From: Octopus vulgaris
Taxonomy: Eukaryota
Direction of reading: 5' to 3'
Length of the DNA: 64,000 bases
Assembly: GCA_951406725.2 (NCBI GenBank)
Contig: OX597818.1
Span: 111,910,001-111,974,000 of the forward strand
Shown: positions 26,654-40,664 of the stretch, piece by piece
Layout: each line of letters starts with the position of its first letter
Position numbering within the stretch: position 1 is the first letter of the stretch
Notes under the pieces: model-generated
What the model was told of the DNA's origin: nothing
Database searches by the model: none
What the model saw: the letters and a program-made list of their open reading frames with translations, nothing else
Translations under genes and position numbers: made by a program

Positions 26654-27102
26654 CACACGTAATTGAAAATGTTGCTGTCAAACAACTTTTCCATAAGATG
26701 GTTCATATACGTATTACTTTTGTCAGATGAATTCGATTTATATTCTGCATTATTGTTCAGTGGTTCTCTGCTACATTTACACTGCTAACACCTGAAACAA
26801 TTCATTTGTTATTTCTCTCTTCTGAACGGATTAAAGCTTTCATCAGCTAATTTCAATTCCTTTAAAGAACAGTGTAAATTTTGCAATCGCTAGAAAGCTT
26901 ACTGCATCTTTGCTCATAATATTAATTTTATAAAACAAACAATTCGGTTGCAGCACCCGTTTTCATTTCTCCAAGGTCAATGAATATAATTTTAATTATC
27001 GTCGTAATAAAGCAATCATTATTAATCATCTAATTAATTTTAACTTGTAATTTGTTTTAATCAATTATATTATAAATTTACTTTTAATTATTCGGCTATA
27101 CA

Positions 27103-27460
27103 GACGCAGGCGTGGTTGTGCTGTAAGAAGTTTGTTCCCCAACTACATGGTTTCGGGTTCAATTCCAATACGTGACACCTTGGGCAAGTATTTTCTACTA
27201 TAGCCTCGGGCTGGCCAAAGTATTGTGAATGGATTTGGTAGACGGAAACGTATATATATATATATATTTGTGTGTATATGTGTACGTTTGTCCCCCAGTA
27301 CCGCTTGACAAACGTAACTTAGCGGTTCGGCAAAAGGAGCCGATTATGATATTGCCATGCTTAAAATATAGGCACTGGGGTTGATCCGTTCGACTAAAAT
27401 CTTTCAAGACGGTGCTCCAGCACGGCCGCAGTCTAATAACTGCAACAAGTAAGAGAGAAT
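27103..27460 (+). mobile_element. SINE family A; inverted partial copy follows at about 27545-27700
   Basis: Head gacgcaggcgtggttgtg...ggttcaattcc, tail gacggtgctccagcacggccgcagtc. Confidence 0.88.
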
Positions 27461-29159
27461 GCGACAAGGTCGGGCCACGAGTGCTACGTCGATCTCCTTT
27501 CATCACCAGACTTGGTTCGATCCGAGGATATTCTTTATCCCTTCCTTGTTTCATTCATCGGGCTGTGGCCTTGCTGGGGCATCGCCTTGAAAGGTTTTAT
27601 CGAACAAATCGATCTCAGTATATATATATTCTATCGGTGTCTGTGCTGAACCTTTATGTCACGGTGACGGAAGTAATCACAACGGTGGCTGGGTACACAC
27701 GGAAAAACGCCTTTACATAATACACACACACACATGCGCGCGCGCACGCACACACAAACACAGACTTAGTCACGAAGATACTATGTCATATATTCCACAG
27801 TTTCATCAAGAGTAAGAACGAGTTGCGTATTTGAGAGAGAGAGAAAGAGAGAGAGGAAAGAGTGGTGTAAGAGGAAAAAGAGAGAGAGAAAGAGGGAGAG
27901 AGAGAGGGGGAGAGAGAGAGAGGGAGAGAGAGAGAGAATGTGTGTGTGTGTGGGGGGGCTGGAATGATGAAACAGTGGAATATATGACATCGTATCTTCA
28001 CACAATAAGGCGCAGCAGTATTGGAGATAATCGAATGATGCTGTCAGAATGGGAAGCATGCGAACCATCCACACCACCACCACCACCACCACCACCACCG
28101 TCGCAGCCGCCGCTGCCGCCACCGCCATCGCTGAAATCATTCATCTTTTACTTTCATAATGTCAGCCATTCCGCAAGGCTCCTACGACAATAACAGGACA
28201 GGATAAACGGGATGAGCCAGAGAGACACAATGGAAGGGAAAGACAGAAAAAAAAGAAAAAAAATTGACAAAAATGGCAAAAAGGAGAAAAAAAAAAGGGG
28301 GAGTAGCGAATGCAGTTGGGAATTCTTGTCGTGCTGCCACTGCTGCTGCTGCTGCTGCTGCTGGTGCTGGTGATGGTGATGGTGATGGTGGCGGTGGTGA
28401 TGAGAATGGGGAAAGAGGAAAGGGACCAGCTGCAATGCGTGAGGGGGGTGGGGTGGGCTGAGCAGGGTCGAGCTTCATCTGAGTGTCTATAAGGGTGTTG
28501 GATGGAAGAAAGGGGGGAGGGGGGTCGGACTTGCGGGACTTCGGTTGCGGCCGATCTATGACATAGAAAAGGGGGAGAATTTGCAGAAGGCATTCTTCGA
28601 ATATCTTTATTGTGCATCCATATTGAATTTTTGGAAGAGGAGAGGATGTGGAATTATTTCGATTAAAGCATATTATTGTTTTACCCTAGTAGTAGTAGTT
28701 GTAGTAGTAGTGTAGTAGTAGTAGTAGTAGTAGTAGTAGTAACAGCAATAGTAGTAGTAGTAGTAGTAGCTATAGTAGTAGTTGCAGCAGCCACAGTAGC
28801 AGCAGCAGTAGTAATAATAATAATAATAGTAGTAGTAGTAGCAGAAGTAGTAGCAGTAACTGCAGCAGTAGTAGTAGCAGCAGCAGTAGTAGCAGTAATA
28901 GCAGAAACAGCAGCAGTAGTTATAGTAGTAGTAGTAGTCGTAGTAGTATAGCAGCAGCAGTAGTAGTAGTAGTATAGTAGCAGCAGTAGTAGTAGTAGTA
29001 GTATTTGTTGTAGTTGTAGTAGTAGCAGCAGCAGCAGTAGTAGTAGTAGTAACAGCGGCAGCAGTTGCAGTAGTAGTAGTAATAATAGTAATAGTAGTAG
29101 TAGTGGTAGTAGTAGTAGTTTGTAATAGATGTGCGTTGCTTGAGTATCTTACTGAGCGC

Positions 29160-29457
29160 GAGGGTGCGTGACTCAGTGGTTTGACCATTCTCGACGGCAC
29201 GTTCTGTCCTTGAGCAAGACACTATTTCACATTGCTTCAGTCCACTCAGCCGGCAAAAATAAGTATTACCTGTAATTTAAAGAGGGTGGGGTCAGCCTTG
29301 TCACACTCTGTGTCACGCTGAATCTCTCTGACAACTGCGCTAAGTGTACACATGTCTATGAAGTACTCAACCACTTTAGGTTAATTTCATGAGCAAGCTG
29401 TTGTTCCATTGATCGGATCAACTGTATCACTCGTCGTCGTACCCGACGGAGATCCAG
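29160..29457 (+). mobile_element. SINE family C (head H2 plus tail T1)
   Basis: gcgtgactcagtggtt...cagtccactcagc...ctcgtcgtcgtacccgacggag. Confidence 0.85.
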
Positions 29458-29564
29458 TTGTATCTTGTTAAACATTGTTAGTCACGGTTTTCGTTAAATT
29501 TCCCCCTTGATATTTTAATTAACTTTCCACAAATGTTATTTGCTATTTATTATTACCAAATTTA

Positions 29565-29762
29565 TTCTTTTTTACTCTAGGCACAAGGCCTGAAATCTTT
29601 GGGGTTGGGGGAGCAGTCGATTAGATCGATCCCACTACGCAACTGGTACTTAATTTATCGACCTCGAAAAGATGAAAGGTAAAGTCGACCTGGGCGGGAT
29701 TTGAACTCAGAACTTAAAGCATTTCGGCCGGCGTGCTAACGATTCTGCCAGCTCGCTGCCTT
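29565..29762 (-). mobile_element. SINE family B variant
   Basis: aactggtacttaatttatcgacc...gcgtgctaacgattctgccagctcgctgcc. Confidence 0.88.
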
Positions 29763-29825
29763 ATTATAACAAATTTGCTAATGTGTCTTTATTGTTTGGT
29801 TCTTCTAAGCATGTGTTAATTGTAT

Positions 29826-30083
29826 GATTCGGCAACGTCAACTCAGACTGGTTAGTCATGTTGTTCGCTTTTCCGAGTTGGATCCTGCACATTGTGTTCT
29901 CTTCTTTGTGGATCCGGCTGGGATGACAGCTCGTGATGGTTGGCTACGTGGTAAATAGTTACAGCGGATGAGCAGGTATCTTGCGGTGATGGGAACTGAC
30001 AACCCAAGCAATACCGACAAATGGAGGCTGCTGTGATGCACTTCAACGCCATATGTCCCCATACTTGACCTGACCTGACTTGA
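29826..30083 (+). mobile_element. RTE-clade LINE 3' end, decayed
   Basis: Reads RQRQLRLVSHVVRFSELDPAHCVLFFVDPAG, similar to the RTE C-terminal motif RxRQLRxFGHVAR, and ends in short tandem (CCTGA)n. Confidence 0.75.
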
Positions 30084-30589
30084 TCTTGGATGACTGCAAG
30101 TTTATGAAAGGATATTAACGATTATTCTGCATTAATACCTGAAACACTGATCTAGATTTAGAAAAAAAAAATGGAATAAATTATAAAGTTGTGGTCACAG
30201 GTTGAATTATCAAGATAAAGACAAAGAAAAAAAAACTGCATTTAGAATACTTCGAAGTTACATCAGATATAGAAAATTTATGTTGAATAACAAATGGTAG
30301 AGAACTTCATTATCTACAAAGCATTTCAAAATATTCGTTGAAGGACTATAAAAATAACTAAGAAAGACCAATCTGAAACTAAAAGCCATTGTTATAAAAC
30401 ACATTGTAAAAACCAATATAAAACAGGAGCTGAAATGACAGTTTTGAATAAAAACGGAAGGTAAGTACCTACATAAACTCTGAAGGAAGAAACAACTGAA
30501 CAAAATATTGTTTATACCTCAAAAATAAAAATAATAAGTAAAATAAAAGGTGGAAATAGGCAAAAAAAAATAATAACGACAAAGCTGCT

Positions 30590-31090
30590 GGCTGAGCCGA
30601 AATGGTCTGAAAGCTGAGCCCCGGTTGATACTTGATTATGACAGGTGAGCAAAACTTTCTCACCTGCGTGTGTAATGGCGAATGCATTATATGACAGCAG
30701 AATAGGTTGTGGTGGGAAAGAAACAATTAACCAACTCGGCTCCAGCTGCTCAGAAAGAATTCCTCTGAAGACATGAACTTTCATAAAGTGGAAATTAGAC
30801 AAACATTATCAGATACCAATAATGAAGCACCAAGAAGGGTGAGAAAGAGACCGAAATCTGAGATATACCAAGCTAATTAGACAGGCTGATCGAGTCTAAT
30901 CAACCGGATGTTATTGTCAAGGACTTTACAGGAAATTTAGCATCATTTGCGACAGACAATGAAGTGAGGCTGAAGGAAAACAGCGAAATGATTTGAATAT
31001 AAAAGATCTGCGGAAGAAGATAACCTGAAGATGGAAACCAGAGGGAGACCCGTTACTGGGCGCTGCAAACGATCCAAGCACAAACATTAG
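30590..31090 (+). mobile_element. Old R4/Dong-like retrotransposon fragment (zinc knuckle plus RLE endonuclease), frameshifted
   Basis: Successive remnants NGLKAE, LIMTGEQNFLT, CGGKETINQLGSSCS, IKWKLDKHYQI, DRLIESNQPDVIVKD and YKDL match the R4/Dong motif order. Confidence 0.75.
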
Positions 31091-31154
31091 CGTTCAGCGC
31101 GCAATCAAAGTAAGCAATTAAAAAAAAAATGCACTGAAAGAAAAAGAAAACATG

Positions 31155-31379
31155 TTTCCGATTTTGGCACGAGTCCAATAGATTTAAGGAGATGGGTTAA
31201 TCGATATTAGCGACTTAAGTATTTGATTGGTAGTTAGTTTTATCGACCTCGAAAGGATGAAAGGCAAAATCGAGCCCAGGTTGATTTAAGCAAAGAATGG
31301 AAAAACAGGAAGAAATACGGCAAAAAATCCCCCCCTCCACGCTCCAACAATTCTTTCAGTTTGCAGCTTAAAAAGTATG

Positions 31380-31434
<55 letters not shown>

Positions 31435-32204
31435 TAATTTAAAATTTTGGCACAAAACCAGCAAGTTCGGGGTAGGTCGATTACATCCAACCTCTGTGTT
31501 CAACCGGTACCCATTTTGTCGACCCTGTAAGGATGAAAGGCCAAGTTAATCTCGACGGAATTTGAACTCAGAACATGAAGAAAGACGAAATCCCGCTAAG
31601 CATTTCGCCTGGCGTGCTAACGTTTCTGCCAGGTCACCGCCTCCAGTAAACAGATAATAATCCTTTCTCCTATAAGCAGAGGTCATGAAAGGTTTATGGT
31701 GGTGGTGAGGAAATAGTTGATTACATCGACCACGAAAGGATGAAATGCTGAATAGACCTCAGCGGAATTTGAACTCTCACCGTCAAAAATCGAAAGAAAT
31801 ACCTATTTCTTTACTACCCACAAGGGGCTAAACACAGAGAGGACAAACGGATTAAGTCGATTATATTGACCCCAGTGCGTAACTGGTACTTATTTTATCG
31901 ACCCTGAAAGGATGAACGGCAAAGTCGACCTCGGCGGAATTTGAACTCAGAACGTAACGGCAGACGAAATACCTATTTCTTTACTACCCACAAGGGGCTA
32001 AACACAGAGGGGACAAACAAGGACAGACAAACGCATTAAGTCGATTATATCGGCGCCAGTGCGAAACTGGTACTTATTTTATCGACCCTGAAAGGATGAA
32101 CGGCAAAGTCGACCTCGGCGAAATTTGAACTCAGAACGTAACGACAGACGAAATACCTCTAAGCATTTCGCCCGGCGTGCTAACGTTTCTGCCAGCTCCC
32201 CACC
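31155..32204 (-). mobile_element. Cluster of SINE B copies: older copies at about 31155-31360, 31440-31642 and 31660-31800; young dimer at 31796-32204
   Basis: Repeated gaaaggatgaa...gtcgacctcggcggaatttgaactcag cores; junctions at 31796 and 31964. Confidence 0.88.
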
Positions 32205-33322
32205 CGCAATTAAAACAGTAACAAAAAAACCCCCAAAAAAACAAAAAAACCCACAACAACAACAAAAACGATTCGGGATGCTGACCTCTATCGTCAGTTG
32301 ACTGTCACAAACATTCTAATACAGGTTTCTTGTCACAGTCCGAATGGCTTATATTTTAGATGAAGGGTAATTGAAGATTAAAGCTCATGACCATTTTCAA
32401 AAGCCTTAATAGCATTTTCGACTTGAAATAAGTCCAGTTGAGAAAGACAAGCGTATCAATACCTTAGCATGATCGATGATTAAATCTCCTTTCTTTTGTA
32501 CCATCAAAGAATAACTTCCAATACCTCGATTTGTTTTTGGATAAATTGAAACGATGTTCAATTTTGAGGAGAGGAGGAGAAATTTGGTGAAGTAAAAATA
32601 TGTCTCTGAGGGGCATTATCGACGTGAATTAGATGATAAATCAGCCACAAACCATAGAAGCCGGGTGTTTATAAGTACATTGTGCACCACAAACAATTAA
32701 ATTATTGATCTTGAGAGGAGGCTGAACACAAAGTAATTCCGGTCGATGTCTGTCACGACACATATTTGTATACGCCTATATTGCATCCTATGACGTTCAA
32801 ACATGATGGATGCACGAATTCACAACACACACACACGCAGACACATACACACAGAGACAGACAAACAGACAGCTACACACACACACACACATATGAGCAC
32901 ACACTCTCGTAGACATTTACCTACATACAGGAACAGCCTGAAATTCAATCTCACTGACGTAGGCCTAATCAGTGAAGAATCACATACGTATTGATATGAA
33001 ACAGATGATCGACCAAGTGGAGGTAGATATAATAGAGCGGAAATGGTTTCCTAGAGGCACCGTGTAAACGCAAACTCCCGCTGAGAAATGGATGTTTATA
33101 GACAAACACAAACACACATACTAACAACCACATATATATACAGATATATATGTACACACACACACACTTATATATGCATATGTATATATATATAAATATA
33201 TATATACACTTATATATGTATATATATACATATATATATATGTATATATATATAAGCATATATATATGTATATATATATATAAACATTTACATATATATG
33301 TGTGTATATATATCTATAACTA

Positions 33323-33399
<77 letters not shown>

Positions 33400-33477
33400 G
33401 TGTGTCTGTCTGTCTTCTCTGTTTGTCTATCTATCTATGTATCTGTCTATCTCTCTCTCTCGATATATATATATATG

Positions 33478-33553
<76 letters not shown>

Positions 33554-33837
33554 GAGAGATGACAAAGTTATGCCAGTATGTGTATGTACTGGTGTATTCA
33601 CATACCTGTTTATACCTATAGACAGACCGTCCGTTAATGACTCTAGACACGCACCTACGTTCGCGGACACACACAGCTTACTGTAACACTCTGCACCATT
33701 CAACCCCACCCCCGCAGCGCAGCGCAGCACGTCGCACGTGCATATTCCACTCCTTTAATCTGCTCAGACTGTTAGTGTTTCGAGAGGTTATGGAACAGCA
33801 GAACATTTTTGTATATGAAAATTAGACTAAGAGTGCA

Positions 33838-33917
<80 letters not shown>

Positions 33918-33922
33918 GTCTA

Positions 33923-33953
<31 letters not shown>

Positions 33954-34024
33954 GTCTCTGTCTGTTTATTTATCTATCTATCTGCCTGTCTGTCTGTCTG
34001 TCTATTTATCTATCTATCTGTCTG

Positions 34025-34055
<31 letters not shown>

Positions 34056-34149
34056 GTCTACTTATCTCCCCTCTCACTCTTCGTATGAATATAAATATCT
34101 CTCTCTTTCTATCTATATAAATATACATGTGTGTGTGTGTGTTTCTGTG

Positions 34150-34259
<110 letters not shown>

Positions 34260-34627
34260 TGTACTTACTTGTGTGTGTGTATGTATGTATGTGTCTATTT
34301 ATATATATGTATATACATGTAAATACAGATGAAACTGAAATAAGTTCTGTTGCAGCCAGTGTCTTAAACAATGAAGAGCAAATTGTTAATATTTAAACCA
34401 ATCAAATAATATATGTTTGTCCATAATTGAAAGACAGAATTATACAAATATATAATGGAATTAACAATCAAAGGGAAACTTTCTGAGTGAGACAAGAATT
34501 AATTAAAATTCAATACTGGCTCGAATTCTATACATTTAGCTTATTGATTAGTATACGCATACACAAACACACACACAAATATACACGCACATACATAAAC
34601 ACACGATGGCCTCTGGCCGGCGCTTTG

Positions 34628-35550
34628 GAAGCGTGGAGAAGTGGTTAAGATATTCGGCTTACGGTCGTAAGAACGTGAGTTCGATTCCTGGCATTAGGTT
34701 GTGTCCTTGTGCAAAGCGCTTTATTTCACGTTGTGTCAGTCCACTCATTTGGCGACAATGAGTTGTACCAGTAATTCAAAAGGGGGAAGCCTTGTCACAC
34801 TCTGTGCCACTCTGAATCTCCTTGAGAACTACATTAAGTGTACACAAAGCGGCGAGCTGGCAGAAACGTTAGCACGCCGGGCGAAATGCTTAGCGGTATT
34901 TCGTCTGTCGTTACGTTCTGAGTTCAAATTCTGCCGAGGTCGACTTTGGCTTTCATCCTTTCGGGGTCGATAAATAAAGTACCAATTCGCACTGGAGTCG
35001 ATGTAATCGACTTAATGCGTTTGTCTGTCCTTGTTTGTCCTTTCTGTGTTTAGCCCCTTGTGGGTAGTAAAGAAATAGGTATTTCGTCTGCCGTTACGTT
35101 CTGAGTTCAAATTCCGCCGAGGTCGACTTTGCATTTCATCCTTTCGGGGTCGATAAAATAAGTACCAGTTACGCACTGGGGTCGATGTAATTGACTTAAT
35201 CCCTTTGTCTGTCCTTATTTGTCCTCTCTATGTTTAGCCCCTTGTGGGTAGTAAAGAAAAAGAAAAATACATTAAGAGTATACGTGGAGGTGGAGTACTC
35301 AGCCATTTGCATGTTAGCATCACGGGTCGGCTGTTTTGTTGACTGAAGCTTTGTGATATCGGTTCGATTCCTGGCAGTAGGATGTGTCCTTGTGTAAGGC
35401 GCTTTATTTCACGTTGCGCCAGTCCACTCAGCTGGTATAAAAAGACTTGTACCAGTAATTCAAAAGGGTGCCAGCCTTGTCACATTCCGTGCCACGCTGA
35501 ATCCCCTTGAGAACAACGTTAAGGGTACGCATGTCTGTGTAGTGCTCATG
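34628..35550 (+). mobile_element. SINE C (H2 plus T1) interrupted by a SINE B dimer, followed by a second partial C copy (35355-35550)
   Basis: The C sequence stops at 34845 and resumes after 35268. Confidence 0.85.
34846..35267 (+). mobile_element. SINE family B dimer with about 16-bp TSD
   Basis: TSD tacattaagtgtacac (34830-34845) / tacattaagagtatac (35268-35283); internal junction aaagaaatag|gtatttcgtc. Confidence 0.92.
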
Positions 35551-35654
35551 ACACCTGTGTTTCGAAATTATTGTGTCTCTTTAGACATCGCTAACATTGG
35601 AGCTCTGAACTAAATAAGGATTGTACTTCTTGTTTGTAGAGCTGTTGTTTTTCT

Positions 35655-35850
35655 TTTATTTTTAGTCATTAGATTGCGGCCATGCTGGAGCACCACCTCG
35701 AAAATTTTTAGTCGAACAAATCGAACCCAGTTCTTATATCTTTTACATTGATACTTATACTATCAGTCGCTTATGCCGAACTGTTAAGTTATGGTGACGT
35801 AAATACACCAGCACCGGTTGTTAAGCGGTGATGTGGGACAAACACACACA
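35655..35850 (-). mobile_element. SINE family A, 3' half
   Basis: agtcattagattgcggccatgctggagcacc. Confidence 0.85.
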
Positions 35851-36178
35851 CATAGATACATGCATATATAAACTCACACGCGGGCGCATACACATACGTA
35901 TATATATATATATGCGTATGTATCTCGTTGCTATTATGTTAAACTATCGTATGTCCAAATTTGGCCAAATGCGATTTTTTCAATATTTGTTTTTGCTTGC
36001 AATTGCTGGTCCGTGTGGTTAAACTATCGTACCTCCAGCTACTTCAGATGCCAAGATATCAAAAACTGTCGAAGTGTAGTACAACGGTTTTGCTATAGAA
36101 TGGTGAAACTATTTTCCCGTTTTCTGAAAAAGCAACATTTTGGACTTACGGCGCTTTTACATCATAGCAACGATATAC

Positions 36179-36228
<50 letters not shown>

Positions 36229-36351
36229 TTGCTCAAGTACTCATTCAATCACCTGTTCCTGTATGATTATATGCTGCCGCACCCTTGTTCTTGCAATTGC
36301 CAACTCTTTATATTTGATATGCTGTACTACTAATAAATCTGTATGCTTTAT

Positions 36352-36576
36352 AATAATAATAATAATGATAATAATAATGAAATTACTGTATACAGTGCTC
36401 AGGTGCACCACAACTTGTCAAAAGTGCGTATAAAGAATGTGAGGTAATGTACAAATGTCTGGAAAGCGAACAGTGTATGAATCAGCTACATGCTTGCGTG
36501 TGTATGGAGGAAAGAAATGAGGTATAGTGTTGGCGAATTTCAGGAAGCATGGAAGTTTTGAAGGATGCAGTGCTCC
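36352..36576 (-). mobile_element. LINE 3' end (CR1-like) with (TTA)n tail
   Basis: Minus frame STASFKTSMLPEIRQHYT resembles CR1-type ORF2 ends; a UTR and trinucleotide tail follow. Confidence 0.5.
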
Positions 36577-36685
36577 TTTAATATATTGGAATAAATAGAC
36601 ATACTGGAATGTTTACCAACTGATAACTGTCTATTTTATATCTTCTCCACTTCCTTATTTGCCGTATAAATCAAGATAGAAACAG

Positions 36686-36756
<71 letters not shown>

Positions 36757-37423
36757 GAGGAAGGGAAGGGAAGAGGGAGAGATGGAATGGTTATTTTGGA
36801 AATGCTCTAATCTTTTTCTGTCGGAAATTAACAAACATATAAAGCAATGAATTCACAATCGTTTAAGATTAATGCCATTTTGTTTTCTTTGTGGCTTTAA
36901 AAGTGCGAAGAATATAAGCTACAATGATCGTTCTATGAAAGTCTTCGAGGGTGGAATACGGAATGGCAAATACACCACGCTTCCATCAAACGGATGATAG
37001 AGTCTGAAGCAACTAAGAGGATTCTCCTAAACGAGCCGTGCATCGGTTAGTGATGAAGTGGTGTTCAATCAGGGCCGATGTAGACTAGAAGAAATCAGGT
37101 AAATATTGATATCCGTGCAACGTTTCCGCAACCGGAGGGAAACAGTGTGGCCACATGCACAAATACGCATCAACTTTGATATATACGTTTAGAAATATAG
37201 AAACATACAAGCACACACTTTAGCATTTATGTATGTGCAAAGATATGTGGGTATGTACGTATGTATGAGTCTGTACCAATACACATATACATATATACAT
37301 GCGTACATATATACATATATGCATATGTACATACATACATATATACATATATACATACACACATACATTCATACATACATACATACATACATACATACAT
37401 ACATACATACATACATACGTACG

Positions 37424-37912
37424 TACAGGTATGTACCTGTAATTATTGGGGCACTGGCATATGTAACACTCTGCCTAAATGCCAATCTTGAGAAATTAGG
37501 GCTCTCAAAACCAAAAAGGAGAAAGCTGGTTCGAAGATTACAGGTCCAGTCCATCACAGGAACTGTAAAAACATATAAATCTTTCCAGAAGTTTAATATT
37601 TCAATATATATGAGCATGTATACATATGCAATTATATGCATGAGAATACATACAGAAAACATACAAATCTGCACATATGCATACATACATACATACATAC
37701 ATAAATACATACATACATACATACATACATACATACATACATACATACATACATACATACACATATGCATACATACACACAAATACACATACATACCAAA
37801 ATATCCTGTGGTTGATGTAGAAATTCCAATGAAGGAGCCTTGGATCTAGGTTAGAAACCGGTTCTTTCTCTATTGGCAAGAAAACTTGAATTAAATTTAA
37901 CAATGATATATA
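37424..37912 (+). mobile_element. 5'-truncated R4/Dong-like element in an (ATAC)n tract
   Basis: 37433 onward reads VPVIIGALAYVTLCLNANLEKLGLSKPKRRKLVRRLQVQSITGTVKTYKSFQKF, the RLE C-terminal pattern PIIIGALG...LQxxxxxGT. Confidence 0.8.
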
Positions 37913-37919
37913 CGCAGAG

Positions 37920-37963
<44 letters not shown>

Positions 37964-38420
37964 GTAAACGTATCTGTATCAGAAATATACATATTTGTAT
38001 ATATACATATATATATATGTATATACATACAGATAGACATAGACGCTTCTGTGTATGAGGGTAGATGTGTAGACATATTTTCCGGTGTATATACGGAAAA
38101 AATGTTTTATTTGATAAATAACAGAAACAGAACTTTATGCAGCATACATACATACATACATACATACATACATACATACAGGGCAAAGAAAATGTGTCAT
38201 GGCCATCTGGAAACGGTTTTCCCTAGGGCTAAATAGCAGTAGCATTCTTCCCTTTCGTGGGATTGCCACATTAAGTTGGCAACATACCAGTAATTCATAT
38301 ATATATATATATATATATGAGTGCGCGTGTGTGTGTGTGTGCGTATGTGTGTGTGTGTGTGTGTGCGTGCATATATGTATGCATGTATGTATACATGAAG
38401 GCATGCATGTATGCATATAT

Positions 38421-38491
<71 letters not shown>

Positions 38492-38535
38492 TAATATAGC
38501 ATATCACATGAATTTCTGCATGTTTACATATATAT

Positions 38536-38566
<31 letters not shown>

Positions 38567-38983
38567 CACACACATATATAGATATGTATGTATATATATG
38601 TATTTGTGTGTATATACAAATATATATATGTATGAATATATAGATGTGTGTGCATGCATGTATGTATGCATGTATGCATGTATGTACGTATGCATGTATG
38701 TATGCATGTATGTATGTATGTATGTATGTTTGTATGTATGTATATATGCATGTATGTATGTATGTATGTGTGTGTGTATGTATGTGTGTATGTATGTATG
38801 TATAATGTCCTTCAACTAGAAGGAGCTTCATGCCAAGGCACTTATCGAAGTGGTAAGTGGTTGCCCTGCATATAACTCTCACTAGTTCACTCGTTTGCAT
38901 TTCTCATCGAATAATAAAACACATTCGTTCATACACCTATGCTTATTTGTTTGAGCTTGAAGGGATTTGAGCGTATGCATATA

Positions 38984-39024
<41 letters not shown>

Positions 39025-39318
39025 AAAAGATGAAGTTCGAAAATGCTGCTGTATTATACAATTTTTAATTTTTATATATACATTATAATTTTTATATATA
39101 CATTATAACATGTATATATATATGTATGCATAAATATATGGTTGTCTTTGCAGAGAAATCAATATTTCCGTGTGTGATATGTATTTTATATCATTGCATT
39201 TTGTATGGCCATCTAAGCATGTAATACATATATATGTATGTATACATATAGACACACACATACACACACACTAACACACACACATATTTATATAGACAGA
39301 CATATAGATATATAGATA

Positions 39319-39359
<41 letters not shown>

Positions 39360-39584
39360 ATATGTCTATGTGTGTTTGGATGTGTGTGTACAAATAAAAC
39401 TGTCGATGAACTTGCTCAAGGCTTTTGCATGTAATCATATGTGTCTAGTGTTTGTATATGCGCATATCTTTGCGTAAGGACGCATGGGTGTTTCCATACA
39501 TGTGCACGTATGTTCGTTTGTGAATGAAGCAAAGACTTCTTTCAAATTAGTGTATATATATATACACACATATATATATAGATT

Positions 39585-39681
<97 letters not shown>

Positions 39682-40121
39682 GTATGTATATATATATATA
39701 TGCAGACATGTAGTAGTATGTCGGTTGTGTATGTTCTGCTCACAGTTGTATTTATGCTAAACAAATATGTTTGTGTATTGAGTATGTTGTTTGTTGTTAT
39801 ACACCTTCACTACATGTGTCTAAATATGTGAAGCTACGTTTCTGCGCAGATATTCGCTGTTTGTTAATCCTGAGATGAAAACAGTTTCGTAGCCGCACGA
39901 CAAAAGAAGAAATGTACAGTGAAAATCATGTGAAACCGTTTGTTTGAGTTTCGTCTTATCTTTTAAAAGTGAACACACAAAATGGACTTCCTTTACGTCT
40001 ACTAACATATGTAACTTCCAGGATAACACCTACACATATATACCTATTAACACATTCACAAATATACGTGCTCTCGCGCAAGCTTTGAATCTCAACTTGG
40101 GTTTTTTTTGTATTTTTTTAT

Positions 40122-40408
40122 GTTTTAGTTTCAGCTCAGAATTGTGACCATGCTGGGGCACCGCCGTTTTGCTACACTGTTATTATTGAGAGGCTCCCCT
40201 AATATGTGGCATTTGGTGAATATGGGAGTTTGAAGGCGCTACCCTCGTTTGCACCTCTTGCTGCGAGGTAGGTTCGTCTGGGACTCTCAACAGGAAGAGG
40301 TCCAGTTTTGATTTGAAAACACCTACATCCACTTTGTGTAGATCCCCCAAGCTCTTTGAGAGAATATTAAAATGCTTTGGGCCCCGGAAACCGAGGCTGT
40401 TGCAGTAA
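40122..40408 (-). mobile_element. CR1-like LINE 3' end with intact terminal reading frame
   Basis: YCNSLGFRGPKHFNILSKSLGDLHKVDVGVFKSKLDLFLLRVPDEPTSQQEVQTRVAPSNSHIHQMPHIRGASQ*, then tail ggcggtgccccagcatggtcac...gctgaaac. Confidence 0.85.
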
Positions 40409-40664
40409 CTGTGAATCGAATTTGGTAAAACTTTTCCCAGATGGTTTGCTCACTGTGGCAACACCCTTATTATGTTGTCATTATTCTATGTAACTCGTTT
40501 CTATATTTATTTAAGAATCGTCAGGTTTTGGGTGAAACACGCTAATAGCTTTTGAACGAAAATAACCCATGGAGACATGAGTTTCTTTTCAGAAAATGAA
40601 GGGTAATGATGCGAATTAAGCATGCGTTGAATATATATGTAACAGAAAACCAAGGAGCATGTTT

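Noticed and set aside
39830-39895. gaagctacgtttctgcgcag, loosely resembling miR-993-3p as I recall it
   Set aside because: The seed differs and there is no complementary 5p arm upstream.
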